Shown piece by piece: positions 1 to 8,215 of a stretch of 64,000 bases of DNA. Below the pieces are notes generated by a model. The model saw only the letters and a program-made list of their open reading frames with translations. It ran no database searches and was not told where the DNA came from. The first letter of the stretch is position 1; every line of letters begins with the position of its first letter. The stretch is taken from contig CACGTA010000004.1 in the NCBI GenBank assembly GCA_902575815.1, forward strand, positions 13,925 through 77,924, in the 5' to 3' direction. Origin of the DNA: an uncultured Alphaproteobacteria bacterium. GTDB taxonomy: Bacteria > Pseudomonadota > Alphaproteobacteria > HIMB59 > GCA-002718135. The position numbers were made by a program, and so were the translations under genes.

Positions 1-291
1 CAAACTTGGGAGGATGAAGATGAAGTAATTAAAATTGCAAATGATACTATTTATGGTCTTGCAGCAGGTATTTGGACTAAGGATACTAATAAAGCTATTC
101 GTTTAGCGGATAAGATAGAGGCTGGAACTGTTTATATAAATAATTATTTTAATGCATCTACTCAATCTCCGGTTGGAGGCTTCAAGCAATCAGGATACGG
201 TCGTGAAAATGGATGGGAGGGAATGCAAAGTTACATGCAGACTAAATCTACTTGGCTAGCTACCAATCCATCTCAACCAGACCCATTTTAA
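1..291 (+). CDS. Aldehyde dehydrogenase, C-terminal part (truncated by window edge)
   Basis: Frame +1 reads ...IANDTIYGLAAGIWT...AGTVYINNY...PVGGFKQSGYGRENG...PDPF*, the typical ALDH C-terminus; not in the ORF track. Confidence 0.93.
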   Translation, partial: QTWEDEDEVIKIANDTIYGLAAGIWTKDTNKAIRLADKIEAGTVYINNYFNASTQSPVGGFKQSGYGRENGWEGMQSYMQTKSTWLATNPSQPDPF

Positions 292-298
292 GAAGTAA

Positions 299-1090
299 TT
301 ATTCTTTCCAGTTTGGTTCTCTTTTTTCTAAAAAAGCTTCAATACCTTCCTTGGAATCATCATGTAACATATTTTCTGTCATTACCTTTGAAGTAAAAGT
401 ATATGCGTCTTCTAAATTCATATCTTTTTGTTTGTAAAAAGCTTCTTTACCAATTTTAATAGTATTAGAAGATTTAGACGATATTTTTTTAGCAATTTGA
501 AATACATTTTCTTTTAAACTATCCTCTTCAAAGACATCATTTATTAAACCAATCCTTAATGCTTTATTTGCATCTATAAGATCTCCAGTGAGAAGCATTT
601 CCATTGCTTGCTTTTTCCCTACAGTTCTTGATAATGGAACCATTGGTGTAGAACAAAATAATCCAATATTAACACCAGGGGTTGCGTATTTTGCTCTGCT
701 ACTTGAGTAAGCTAAATCACAGCTAGAAATTAACTGACAACCTGCTGCAGTAGCAATACCATCAACCATAGCTATAACTGGTTTATTATTTTTATTAATT
801 TTCAGCATAAGTTGAGAGCACATTTGAAATATTTTTTTAAAATAGCTTTCACCTTTGTCATTTTGCAATCTTTGTGAATTTAAATCTTTTAAATTATGTC
901 CTGCACAAAAAATATTACCGTTTGATGATAAAATAATTACTTTTACATCATTATCTTTATCAGCGATGTCTAGTGCTGATGTTAATTCATTGATCATGTT
1001 TTCGCTTAAAGTATTTTGGTTTCTCTGGTCATTAAGAATAATATTAAAAATATTATTATTTTTTTCGTTTAATATTAGATTAAAATTCAT
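299..1090 (-). CDS. Enoyl-CoA hydratase/crotonase family protein
   Basis: FCAGHNL, KPVIAMVDGIATAAGCQL, PGVNIGLFCSTP, EGIEAFLEKREP motifs. Confidence 0.9.
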   Translation of the reverse strand: MNFNLILNEKNNNIFNIILNDQRNQNTLSENMINELTSALDIADKDNDVKVIILSSNGNIFCAGHNLKDLNSQRLQNDKGESYFKKIFQMCSQLMLKINKNNKPVIAMVDGIATAAGCQLISSCDLAYSSSRAKYATPGVNIGLFCSTPMVPLSRTVGKKQAMEMLLTGDLIDANKALRIGLINDVFEEDSLKENVFQIAKKISSKSSNTIKIGKEAFYKQKDMNLEDAYTFTSKVMTENMLHDDSKEGIEAFLEKREPNWKE

Positions 1091-1537
1091 TTAATTGATT
1101 TGAATTTCAACATCTTTGGATAGTGAATTAGCGATAAAACAATACTTATGTGATCTCTCTTTCATCTTTTTCATTTCTTCATCAGAAATATTAAAATTAT
1201 CTTCAAATACTATAGCTGGATTTAGCTCTATTTTGTTGACGTACATTCTCCCCTCTGCATTTTTTCCTAAATACGAAATTGCTTTATCTTTGTAATTAAT
1301 AACTGGCCATTTCATTTTTGCAGCTAAAGCTAAAAACGTCATCATAAAACAACTACTTACAGCTGCAGCTAGTTTTTGCTCTGGATTAATATTAGTTTCG
1401 CTTCCTCCATAATCTGGAGATGATCCTGCATCAATAGATACATTTTCATTAAGCATTACTGTGTGATCAGTTAAGTATTTTCCAAATTCGAGTTTTTGAT
1501 CTCCTAATTCCCACTTTAATTCGATTGAATGACTCAT
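1091..1537 (-). CDS. OsmC/Ohr family peroxiredoxin-like protein
   Basis: NPEQ..AAAVSSCFM and HKYCFIANS two-Cys motifs; start moved to ATG at 1537 (MSHSIELKW), directly behind the dmdA stop. Confidence 0.88.
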   Translation of the reverse strand: MSHSIELKWELGDQKLEFGKYLTDHTVMLNENVSIDAGSSPDYGGSETNINPEQKLAAAVSSCFMMTFLALAAKMKWPVINYKDKAISYLGKNAEGRMYVNKIELNPAIVFEDNFNISDEEMKKMKERSHKYCFIANSLSKDVEIQIN

Positions 1538-1538
1538 T

Positions 1539-2660
1539 TTAAGAATAATTAAAAGGTAGTGAGCACACTTTACCTTTTCTCTCAATGTTGTCTGGTGTTA
1601 ATACGATAACATCCTGCCCATCATTCCAATAGTCTCTATCAACCATTGATAGTCCAATATTAGTTTTTAAAAATGGTGAATAAATACCAGAGGTGATATT
1701 ACCAATTTGAAATCTATTTTTTGAGTATACAGGAAAAGGTATTGTACACGAAGGAGTCGGGGACCCATCAAAAGTAATTCCTTTTATTTTTTTTTCTATT
1801 CCATTTTTTAATATTTTTTTTAATGCATTTTTTCCAATGAAATCATGTGATAAATTGTTACAATAATTATCAAATCCACATTCAATTGGATTATTTTCTA
1901 AAGTAAATTCATTACCATAGGATAATAAACCACCTTCTATTCTATCAATTAAATTTGGACATCCAGGTGAAATATTAAAATCTTTTCCTGCTTCCCAAAT
2001 AGTTTCCCAAAGTTTTTTTCCTAAACTAAAACCTTTAAGGTAAATCTCAAAACCATCTTGTTTGCTATATCCTGATCTTGCAATTATCTGTTTTGTTCCT
2101 TCAAATTCAAAAAAAGAAAAATGAAAGAATTTTAATTTTTTAATTTTTTCTCCAAATATTGATGACATTAATTTTTCAGATTTTGGACCTTGAATTGCTA
2201 AGGGATAAATATCTGGCTCTATAATATCAACTTTAAAATTTCTTCCTACAGCCAATCCTTTTGCCCAAAGAAGGACATCTGAATCTGCAACTGATAGCCA
2301 ATATTTATTTTCACTTAATTTTAAAAGTACAGGATCATTTATCATTCCTGCATTTTCATCTATCATTGGATAATAGTAACATTTACCAATAGGCATATCT
2401 TTTATTGACCTTGGAGACATGAGTTGTATTAATTCTGTAGCATCTTCTCCTATTATTTGAACCTGTCGTTGACATGAAACATCCCAAATTTGAGTATTTT
2501 TAGATAAGTGCCAATAATCTTCTTCAACTGTTGCTTTATATGATTTTGGAAGAAGCATATGATTAACTACAGTAAAACCACTTACACCAGCCTCAATTAC
2601 TTTCTCGGTATAGGGAGTCCTCCTAATGCGTCTAGACATGTTTAATCCTGAATTACTCAT
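1539..2660 (-). CDS. dmdA: Dimethylsulfoniopropionate (DMSP) demethylase, GcvT family
   Basis: SRRIRRTPY, NHMLLP, IWDVSCQRQV, NDPVLLKL..WLSVADSD, PNLIDRIEGGLLSYG match DmdA; start moved to ATG at 2660. Confidence 0.88.
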   Translation of the reverse strand: MSNSGLNMSRRIRRTPYTEKVIEAGVSGFTVVNHMLLPKSYKATVEEDYWHLSKNTQIWDVSCQRQVQIIGEDATELIQLMSPRSIKDMPIGKCYYYPMIDENAGMINDPVLLKLSENKYWLSVADSDVLLWAKGLAVGRNFKVDIIEPDIYPLAIQGPKSEKLMSSIFGEKIKKLKFFHFSFFEFEGTKQIIARSGYSKQDGFEIYLKGFSLGKKLWETIWEAGKDFNISPGCPNLIDRIEGGLLSYGNEFTLENNPIECGFDNYCNNLSHDFIGKNALKKILKNGIEKKIKGITFDGSPTPSCTIPFPVYSKNRFQIGNITSGIYSPFLKTNIGLSMVDRDYWNDGQDVIVLTPDNIERKGKVCSLPFNYS

Positions 2661-2661
2661 T

Positions 2662-2997
2662 TTATTTAGACCACCATATTGAGTATCCATTTGGAGAAAC
2701 AATTAAAGGTATGTGATATTTTTTAAGAGGATCTTTCATTTTAAATTTAACACTGATTGAATTAATTATTTCACTAGTATTTCTAAAATATTTACCAGAA
2801 TTAATTATCATTTCATAATCACTTTCACAATCTTCTTTCGTTAATTCAAATTCTTTAAGCATTCTTCCAGAACTATCTGTTTTATCTTCTAGAAATACAA
2901 CTTTGTTATTATTATTTACTTTATAAATAACAATTTCTACATCACTTGCATGCGTACCATCTATTGAGTTTAGTAAATGTGTAGAAAAAATTGCCAT
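2662..2997 (-). CDS. Transthyretin-like / 5-hydroxyisourate hydrolase family protein with atypical C-terminus
   Basis: STHLLN..G, TDSSGR, YHIPLIVSPNGYS; ends WWSK rather than YRGS. Confidence 0.8.
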   Translation of the reverse strand: MAIFSTHLLNSIDGTHASDVEIVIYKVNNNNKVVFLEDKTDSSGRMLKEFELTKEDCESDYEMIINSGKYFRNTSEIINSISVKFKMKDPLKKYHIPLIVSPNGYSIWWSK

Positions 2998-3000
2998 AAC

Positions 3001-4743
3001 CTACTCTATAGACGCTTTATCTCTTTTATCACTAACTGCAGCAACTATTGGACTAATAACACCTTTAGCCTTAACATTTACACATGCAGTTTTACCACTT
3101 TCTAACGCTCTTTTTAAAGCGGGGCCTAAATCTTCTCTTTTAGTAACTAATTCTCCATGTCCTCCAAAACCCTCAAAAATTGAATGAAATGGAATATCTC
3201 TAAAATCAGTTGCAAAGTGTTTCCCACTTTCAAACAACCTTTCTTGTTGTTGAGAAATACAGTCAAGACCTCCATTGTTATCGATAACTACAACAATAGG
3301 TTTTTTTTCTTGAAATGCAGCTTCAATTGATAATCCGCCAGATAAAAATGCACCATCTCCACTTATTAAAACAACATTAGATTTAGGATTAAGATTTTTC
3401 GCTGATACTGCAAAAGGAACTCCAACACCTAACATACTAAAAGTGCCTGGATGTAATATTCCTCCAAGTTTTTTACCTTTTGATCCAGCAATATTAATTG
3501 CAATCTCAGACCAGAAATGTGTGTTTCCACCATCAATAACTAACCAATCATTTTCAGTTAATACTTCTTGAACATCTAAAGCTAACTGAAGAGGATGAAT
3601 TTTTCCACCTTCTTTTTTAGCCTCTTCAGTTTCTTTATTTAAATCATCCAATGTTTTATCAATCCAATTTTTTTTCTCTTTTTTATTCTTATCAAACCAT
3701 TCATTATTTAATTTCCATTTACTATTTTTCTTTAATTCTAAGAGTTTATCCAAAAAGACTCCAGGGTCACAAAGTAAATTAATATCTGCAGCTCTATTTA
3801 ATTCTATTTCTTCATGTGATCCATTAATACAAACAAGCTTTGTGCTTTTTGGAAAAAGTGGAGGATTACCAAAATTCATTTGATTATCAAGACGTGCACC
3901 AATCATAAGAACCAAATCTGATTCATTGAGAGCCATTTTTGATGGGGGGTATTGATGAATATCTGCAAGACCCATATATGTATTTGCCTCTTCACCTAAA
4001 AGTTTTTGGTGGTATGGTATATTAAATATTGGAATATTTAATTCAAACCCAGCTTGCTCTAATTTTTGTTCTGCACTTGACCACCAAACTCCATGCCCTC
4101 CAATAAAAACAGGTTTTTGTGCACTAATTGCTAGATCAAATATTTCATTTAAACTCTCAGGATCAGGCCAAGCTTTTGCTAAAGGTTTCTTTTGATGAGT
4201 AAAAGGTCTTTCTTCTAAACCTGCATCATCTGCAAATGATGAAAACATTATATCTACTGGTACACTTAAATGTACTGCACCAGGATAGCCATTTGTTGCA
4301 ATTCTATATGCTTTATCTACGAACTCTCTTATTCTGTTGCCATCTGTTATACTTGCACTGTATTTTGTTAACGGTGCTGCAATAGATACATCATCTATTT
4401 CCTTAAAACCGCCTGCTCCTTGTCTTTTTAAACTACTTGATCCAGTTATAAAAATAACAGGTGATCTTTCACCCCAAGCTTCCATCATTGAGGGTACTGC
4501 ATTTGCAAAACCTTCTGGCCCGACAATACAAACGGATGGTTTTCTTGATATTCTAGTATGACCATCAGCTAAATGACCAGCAATTTGTTCATGAGGACAA
4601 TTAATTACATTAATTTGACACTCCATAAATCCTTCAAGTGCTGGATTACAAAAACCTCCAGAAAGTGTAAATACATTATCAATACCTTTGTCTCTAAGAG
4701 CTCTTGCAACTAATGCCCCACCTCTAATCTTTTTATCTCCCAT
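3001..4743 (-). CDS. Thiamine diphosphate-dependent enzyme (ALS/oxalyl-CoA decarboxylase/2-hydroxyacyl-CoA lyase superfamily)
   Basis: HEQ..G..ADG catalytic Glu region; GDGAF...IDNN ThDP-binding motif; 580 aa. Confidence 0.9.
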   Translation of the reverse strand: MGDKKIRGGALVARALRDKGIDNVFTLSGGFCNPALEGFMECQINVINCPHEQIAGHLADGHTRISRKPSVCIVGPEGFANAVPSMMEAWGERSPVIFITGSSSLKRQGAGGFKEIDDVSIAAPLTKYSASITDGNRIREFVDKAYRIATNGYPGAVHLSVPVDIMFSSFADDAGLEERPFTHQKKPLAKAWPDPESLNEIFDLAISAQKPVFIGGHGVWWSSAEQKLEQAGFELNIPIFNIPYHQKLLGEEANTYMGLADIHQYPPSKMALNESDLVLMIGARLDNQMNFGNPPLFPKSTKLVCINGSHEEIELNRAADINLLCDPGVFLDKLLELKKNSKWKLNNEWFDKNKKEKKNWIDKTLDDLNKETEEAKKEGGKIHPLQLALDVQEVLTENDWLVIDGGNTHFWSEIAINIAGSKGKKLGGILHPGTFSMLGVGVPFAVSAKNLNPKSNVVLISGDGAFLSGGLSIEAAFQEKKPIVVVIDNNGGLDCISQQQERLFESGKHFATDFRDIPFHSIFEGFGGHGELVTKREDLGPALKRALESGKTACVNVKAKGVISPIVAAVSDKRDKASIE

Positions 4744-4744
4744 T

Positions 4745-5908
4745 TTAATACTTTATATCCTTAAAAAATTTCTCTGCTATAATTTTTTTATCAACTTCAT
4801 TTATATCGGTTAATCCCACTAAGCCAAGATTTGTACTTAACTCTTCTTTAATAAGGTTAATGATTCTTCTAAGACCTTTTGCGCCATCAGCACCGATGGC
4901 ATACATTAGAGGTCTGCCAAACATAACAAAGTCAGCTCCCAGAGCTAACGCGCGTAAAATATCACTACCACTTCTAATTCCACTATCAAAAAGTATTGGA
5001 AAATCGTCTCCCAAAGCTTTTCGTATTAATGGTAAAGCATTAATAGAAGCAGTAGCACTATCTAATTGTCTTCCACCATGATTTGATACTTGAATTGCAT
5101 CAGCACCAGCCTCTTTAATTTTCAAAGCATCTTCAGAATTCATTACTCCTTTGATTATTAATTTTCCTTTCCAAGCGTCTCGAACCCTTTTGAGAGTATT
5201 CCAATCAGTTGCCCCTCTACTTTCTTTTCGTCTAAAAACTTGATCACCACTTTTGGAGGTAACATAATTCATTGGTTGTGGAGCGCCTTTAAACAAAGTT
5301 GTTAAACTCCATTGAGGATGTAGTGCAAAATCTAAAAATTGTTTTGGGCCAATTTTAAATGGATAACCAAAGCCATTTCTATCATCTCTAGCTCTTCTTG
5401 AAAGAATTGGAACATCAACAGTAAGAATCAAAACCTTGTATCCAATGTTTTCTGCTCTTTTTAATAATTCCATAATAAATTCTTCACTTTGAAAAATATA
5501 TATTTGCATCCATGAATGACCTTCAGAAAAAGTAAACATATCTTCAAGCGTAGTACTAGAAGCCATTGAAACACATGTTGGAATATTATTATACGCACTT
5601 TCTTTTGCTATCATTTTATCTGCTTCAGGCCATGAAAGATTTGTCATTCCCATTGGTGCAAATCCAAATGGATAATCAAAATGAAAATCAAATATTTTCT
5701 TACTTAAATTTCTATTCTCGACATTTCTGAAAACTTTAGGTTCAAGTCTAATTTGATCTAATGCCTTACTATTAATTTCAGCAAGTTTATCATCTCCTGA
5801 TGCTCCATCAATGAAATCAAAGACTAATTTTGGTAATCTCTTTTTAGATAATCTAATTGCATCATCTATTGTATGGATTTTAGTGCTAGCTTTAATGAGA
5901 TCATTCAT
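4745..5908 (-). CDS. FMN-dependent alpha-hydroxy acid dehydrogenase (LldD/glycolate oxidase/mandelate DH family)
   Basis: LTVD, IIKGV, VSNHGGRQLD, DSGIRSGSDILRALALGA. Confidence 0.93.
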   Translation of the reverse strand: MNDLIKASTKIHTIDDAIRLSKKRLPKLVFDFIDGASGDDKLAEINSKALDQIRLEPKVFRNVENRNLSKKIFDFHFDYPFGFAPMGMTNLSWPEADKMIAKESAYNNIPTCVSMASSTTLEDMFTFSEGHSWMQIYIFQSEEFIMELLKRAENIGYKVLILTVDVPILSRRARDDRNGFGYPFKIGPKQFLDFALHPQWSLTTLFKGAPQPMNYVTSKSGDQVFRRKESRGATDWNTLKRVRDAWKGKLIIKGVMNSEDALKIKEAGADAIQVSNHGGRQLDSATASINALPLIRKALGDDFPILFDSGIRSGSDILRALALGADFVMFGRPLMYAIGADGAKGLRRIINLIKEELSTNLGLVGLTDINEVDKKIIAEKFFKDIKY

Positions 5909-5956
5909 TTTAATATTTGTATTCTAATATAATTTATAATTCTATTATAAAATATA

Positions 5957-7186
5957 TTAGTTTTTTGAAATACCCTTCCAAGGTATTGGACTAGATGGAA
6001 TATTTTCTTTTAAACCTCTTTGTATTTCACCTTTCTCATCATACATTGGTAAAGTACAAATTTCACCTTTTTGCACACTACCATCATCACAACTAACATC
6101 TACTATTGTATCTGGTCCAAATTCTGCATTATCCATATGAACTATAGCAACACCACAAACTTGAAATGGCGACCATGTACTTGAAGTTACAATTCCAACT
6201 TTTTTATTATTTATAGAAATTTTAGAATCAACTAATGCAAAACTATTTTCAACTCTCAAACCCCATGTTAAACAATCTTTGCTTGCATTAAGTAAATAAT
6301 CTCTTCCAATAAAATCACCTTTATTAAAATCTATAAACTTTCCTAATCCAACAGCAAATGGAGATCGATCTCTCGTAAAATCCCTCCCTGCAGATAAGAG
6401 ACCTGCCTCAATTCTTCTACATCTAAAACCTGGCGAGGCTGTTAGAATCATTCCCATTTCTTCACCTTTACTGAGTATTAAGTCTCCAATCTTTTTTGAA
6501 TCATTTTCTGGTCTTAAATAAATTTCCCAGCCAAGTTCATTTGTAAACCCTGTTCTGCTTATAATCACTTTTTCTGAAGCAATTGAAGTTTCAACCCAAT
6601 CAAAATAATTAAAACTATTTTTAAATGGTTGATCAACTAGTTTTTCTAACAGTTTTAGAGATTTAGGGCCTTGTATTTGACTGACCCAAACATTTGGATC
6701 TTTAATTTCAACATCTAAATTTTTCGAATGAGCTTTGTACCAACTATATAAATGTCCATCACCTTGTGCAAACCAAAATTTATTTTTTTCTAATTTTAAT
6801 AATAATCCATCTGAAATCATTCCTCCATCATGGTAACAAGCAAATTGATAAGAACATCTTCCTATTTTTACTTTTGAAATATCTCTAGGAAATATTTTTT
6901 GAAGTAAATTTTCAGCATCCGGACCAGAGATTTCGTAAGGATGCTCACCCGTATGACGTAAAATTATTTCTTGTCTAGCTTTCCAATACATTTCATCTGC
7001 TGTAGCATGAGATAATTTTTCAAGTGTAAATCTCCCATCAGCGTAGTTAGTATATTCTGGGTTAAATGGTAATTCTTGATAAGTTAGAGGATGTATTTTC
7101 ATGGGTCTAGCCAAATCTAGAGATCTACCAGTTTCTTTAATAACTGGCTTTACAACAAATCTGTAATTACTAACTAAATCTCCCAT
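5957..7186 (-). CDS. GcvT-family THF-dependent aminomethyltransferase/demethylase, substrate unknown
   Basis: EISGPDA, QIQGPKS, SRTGFTNELGWEIY, RRIEAG. Confidence 0.88.
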   Translation of the reverse strand: MGDLVSNYRFVVKPVIKETGRSLDLARPMKIHPLTYQELPFNPEYTNYADGRFTLEKLSHATADEMYWKARQEIILRHTGEHPYEISGPDAENLLQKIFPRDISKVKIGRCSYQFACYHDGGMISDGLLLKLEKNKFWFAQGDGHLYSWYKAHSKNLDVEIKDPNVWVSQIQGPKSLKLLEKLVDQPFKNSFNYFDWVETSIASEKVIISRTGFTNELGWEIYLRPENDSKKIGDLILSKGEEMGMILTASPGFRCRRIEAGLLSAGRDFTRDRSPFAVGLGKFIDFNKGDFIGRDYLLNASKDCLTWGLRVENSFALVDSKISINNKKVGIVTSSTWSPFQVCGVAIVHMDNAEFGPDTIVDVSCDDGSVQKGEICTLPMYDEKGEIQRGLKENIPSSPIPWKGISKN

Positions 7187-7227
7187 AAAATTTATTCAAC
7201 TTATCACAAAATAATGAAAAAAAAATT

Positions 7228-8151
7228 TTAAAATAAATTCTTAATAGCTTCAATATGTCGTGGTTTTACTTCACAGCATCCACCAACTAGAGTAACACCT
7301 TCATTTAAAGAATTTAAAACAAACTTTTTATATTTTTCTTCTCCAAATTCTTCATTTCGAGTTCCAAGTAACTCAACTGGATCAATATAATCATAATGTC
7401 CTTCAAAGCCTTCTGAATTGAATTTTTCTTTATTACTAGTAGGCAGTTGTTTAAATAAATTCATTTTATAACCAAAAGGAAGTTTTTGTTTATTGAACAT
7501 AGGAATACTCAAATTAACAATTTCAGGTGATACGCAAGCTGATACTATGCCGCAACAATTATATTTTTGTATAGTTTCAAAAAGTTCATCAAGACTTTCT
7601 CCAGATGGTAATTTTCCATCATAACGTAAGTGTACACCTACAAGAACTTGTTTATTAAATTCTTTTGAAGCTTCTAAAGCAATTTTTATTTCTTTGATGG
7701 AACACAAAACATCTAAGTAAAATATATCGACATAATCTTTTAATATTTTTGCAATTTCATGAAAATAATTAAACATTGTTTCATCAGTTTCAAAATGTAT
7801 TGGGGAATATGTATTACCTTGATTTGGCAATGAGCCTGCAACAATAACTTTTTTATCACTTTCATTTTTTGCTTTTAATGCGAGTGATCCAGCAGATCTT
7901 ATTCCAAATTCAAATTTATTAAGTAAATTATATTTTTTTAATAGCCTTCTTCTAACACTAAAATTTGAAGTAACGATTAATTGTGATCCTGCATTTATAA
8001 AATTTTTGTGCATTTCTAATACCATTGGGTGATTATTTTCATTTAATAAAGCTTGTGCAGACCAAAGATCACCGGTTGTTTCTAGACCCATTTCCATTAA
8101 AGTTTGACCTGAACCTCCATCAAAGAGATATTTCTTATTTTGTAAAAACAT
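7228..8151 (-). CDS. Homocysteine S-methyltransferase family protein (MmuM/BHMT-like)
   Basis: LFDGG.G..L, WSA.AL, H.NFI.AG, Zn-ligand Cys in ACVSP and GGCC. Confidence 0.88.
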   Translation of the reverse strand: MFLQNKKYLFDGGSGQTLMEMGLETTGDLWSAQALLNENNHPMVLEMHKNFINAGSQLIVTSNFSVRRRLLKKYNLLNKFEFGIRSAGSLALKAKNESDKKVIVAGSLPNQGNTYSPIHFETDETMFNYFHEIAKILKDYVDIFYLDVLCSIKEIKIALEASKEFNKQVLVGVHLRYDGKLPSGESLDELFETIQKYNCCGIVSACVSPEIVNLSIPMFNKQKLPFGYKMNLFKQLPTSNKEKFNSEGFEGHYDYIDPVELLGTRNEEFGEEKYKKFVLNSLNEGVTLVGGCCEVKPRHIEAIKNLF

Positions 8152-8169
8152 TTTTTTGGAAAATTAGAA

Positions 8170-8200
8170 GAAAAAGTGTGGCGCATTTAAATGCGCCACA
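8170..8200 (-). terminator. Stem-loop/intrinsic terminator downstream of the solute-binding protein gene
   Basis: Perfect 24-bp palindrome TGTGGCGCATTTAAATGCGCCACA (8177-8200) followed by CTTTTT on the minus strand. Confidence 0.8.
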
Positions 8201-8215
8201 AAGAAAATTAATATT

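Noticed and set aside
299-1090. Calling the crotonase dmdD or acuH
   Set aside because: Its motif (PGVNIGLFCSTP) points to a different subfamily; adjacency to dmdA is not sufficient.
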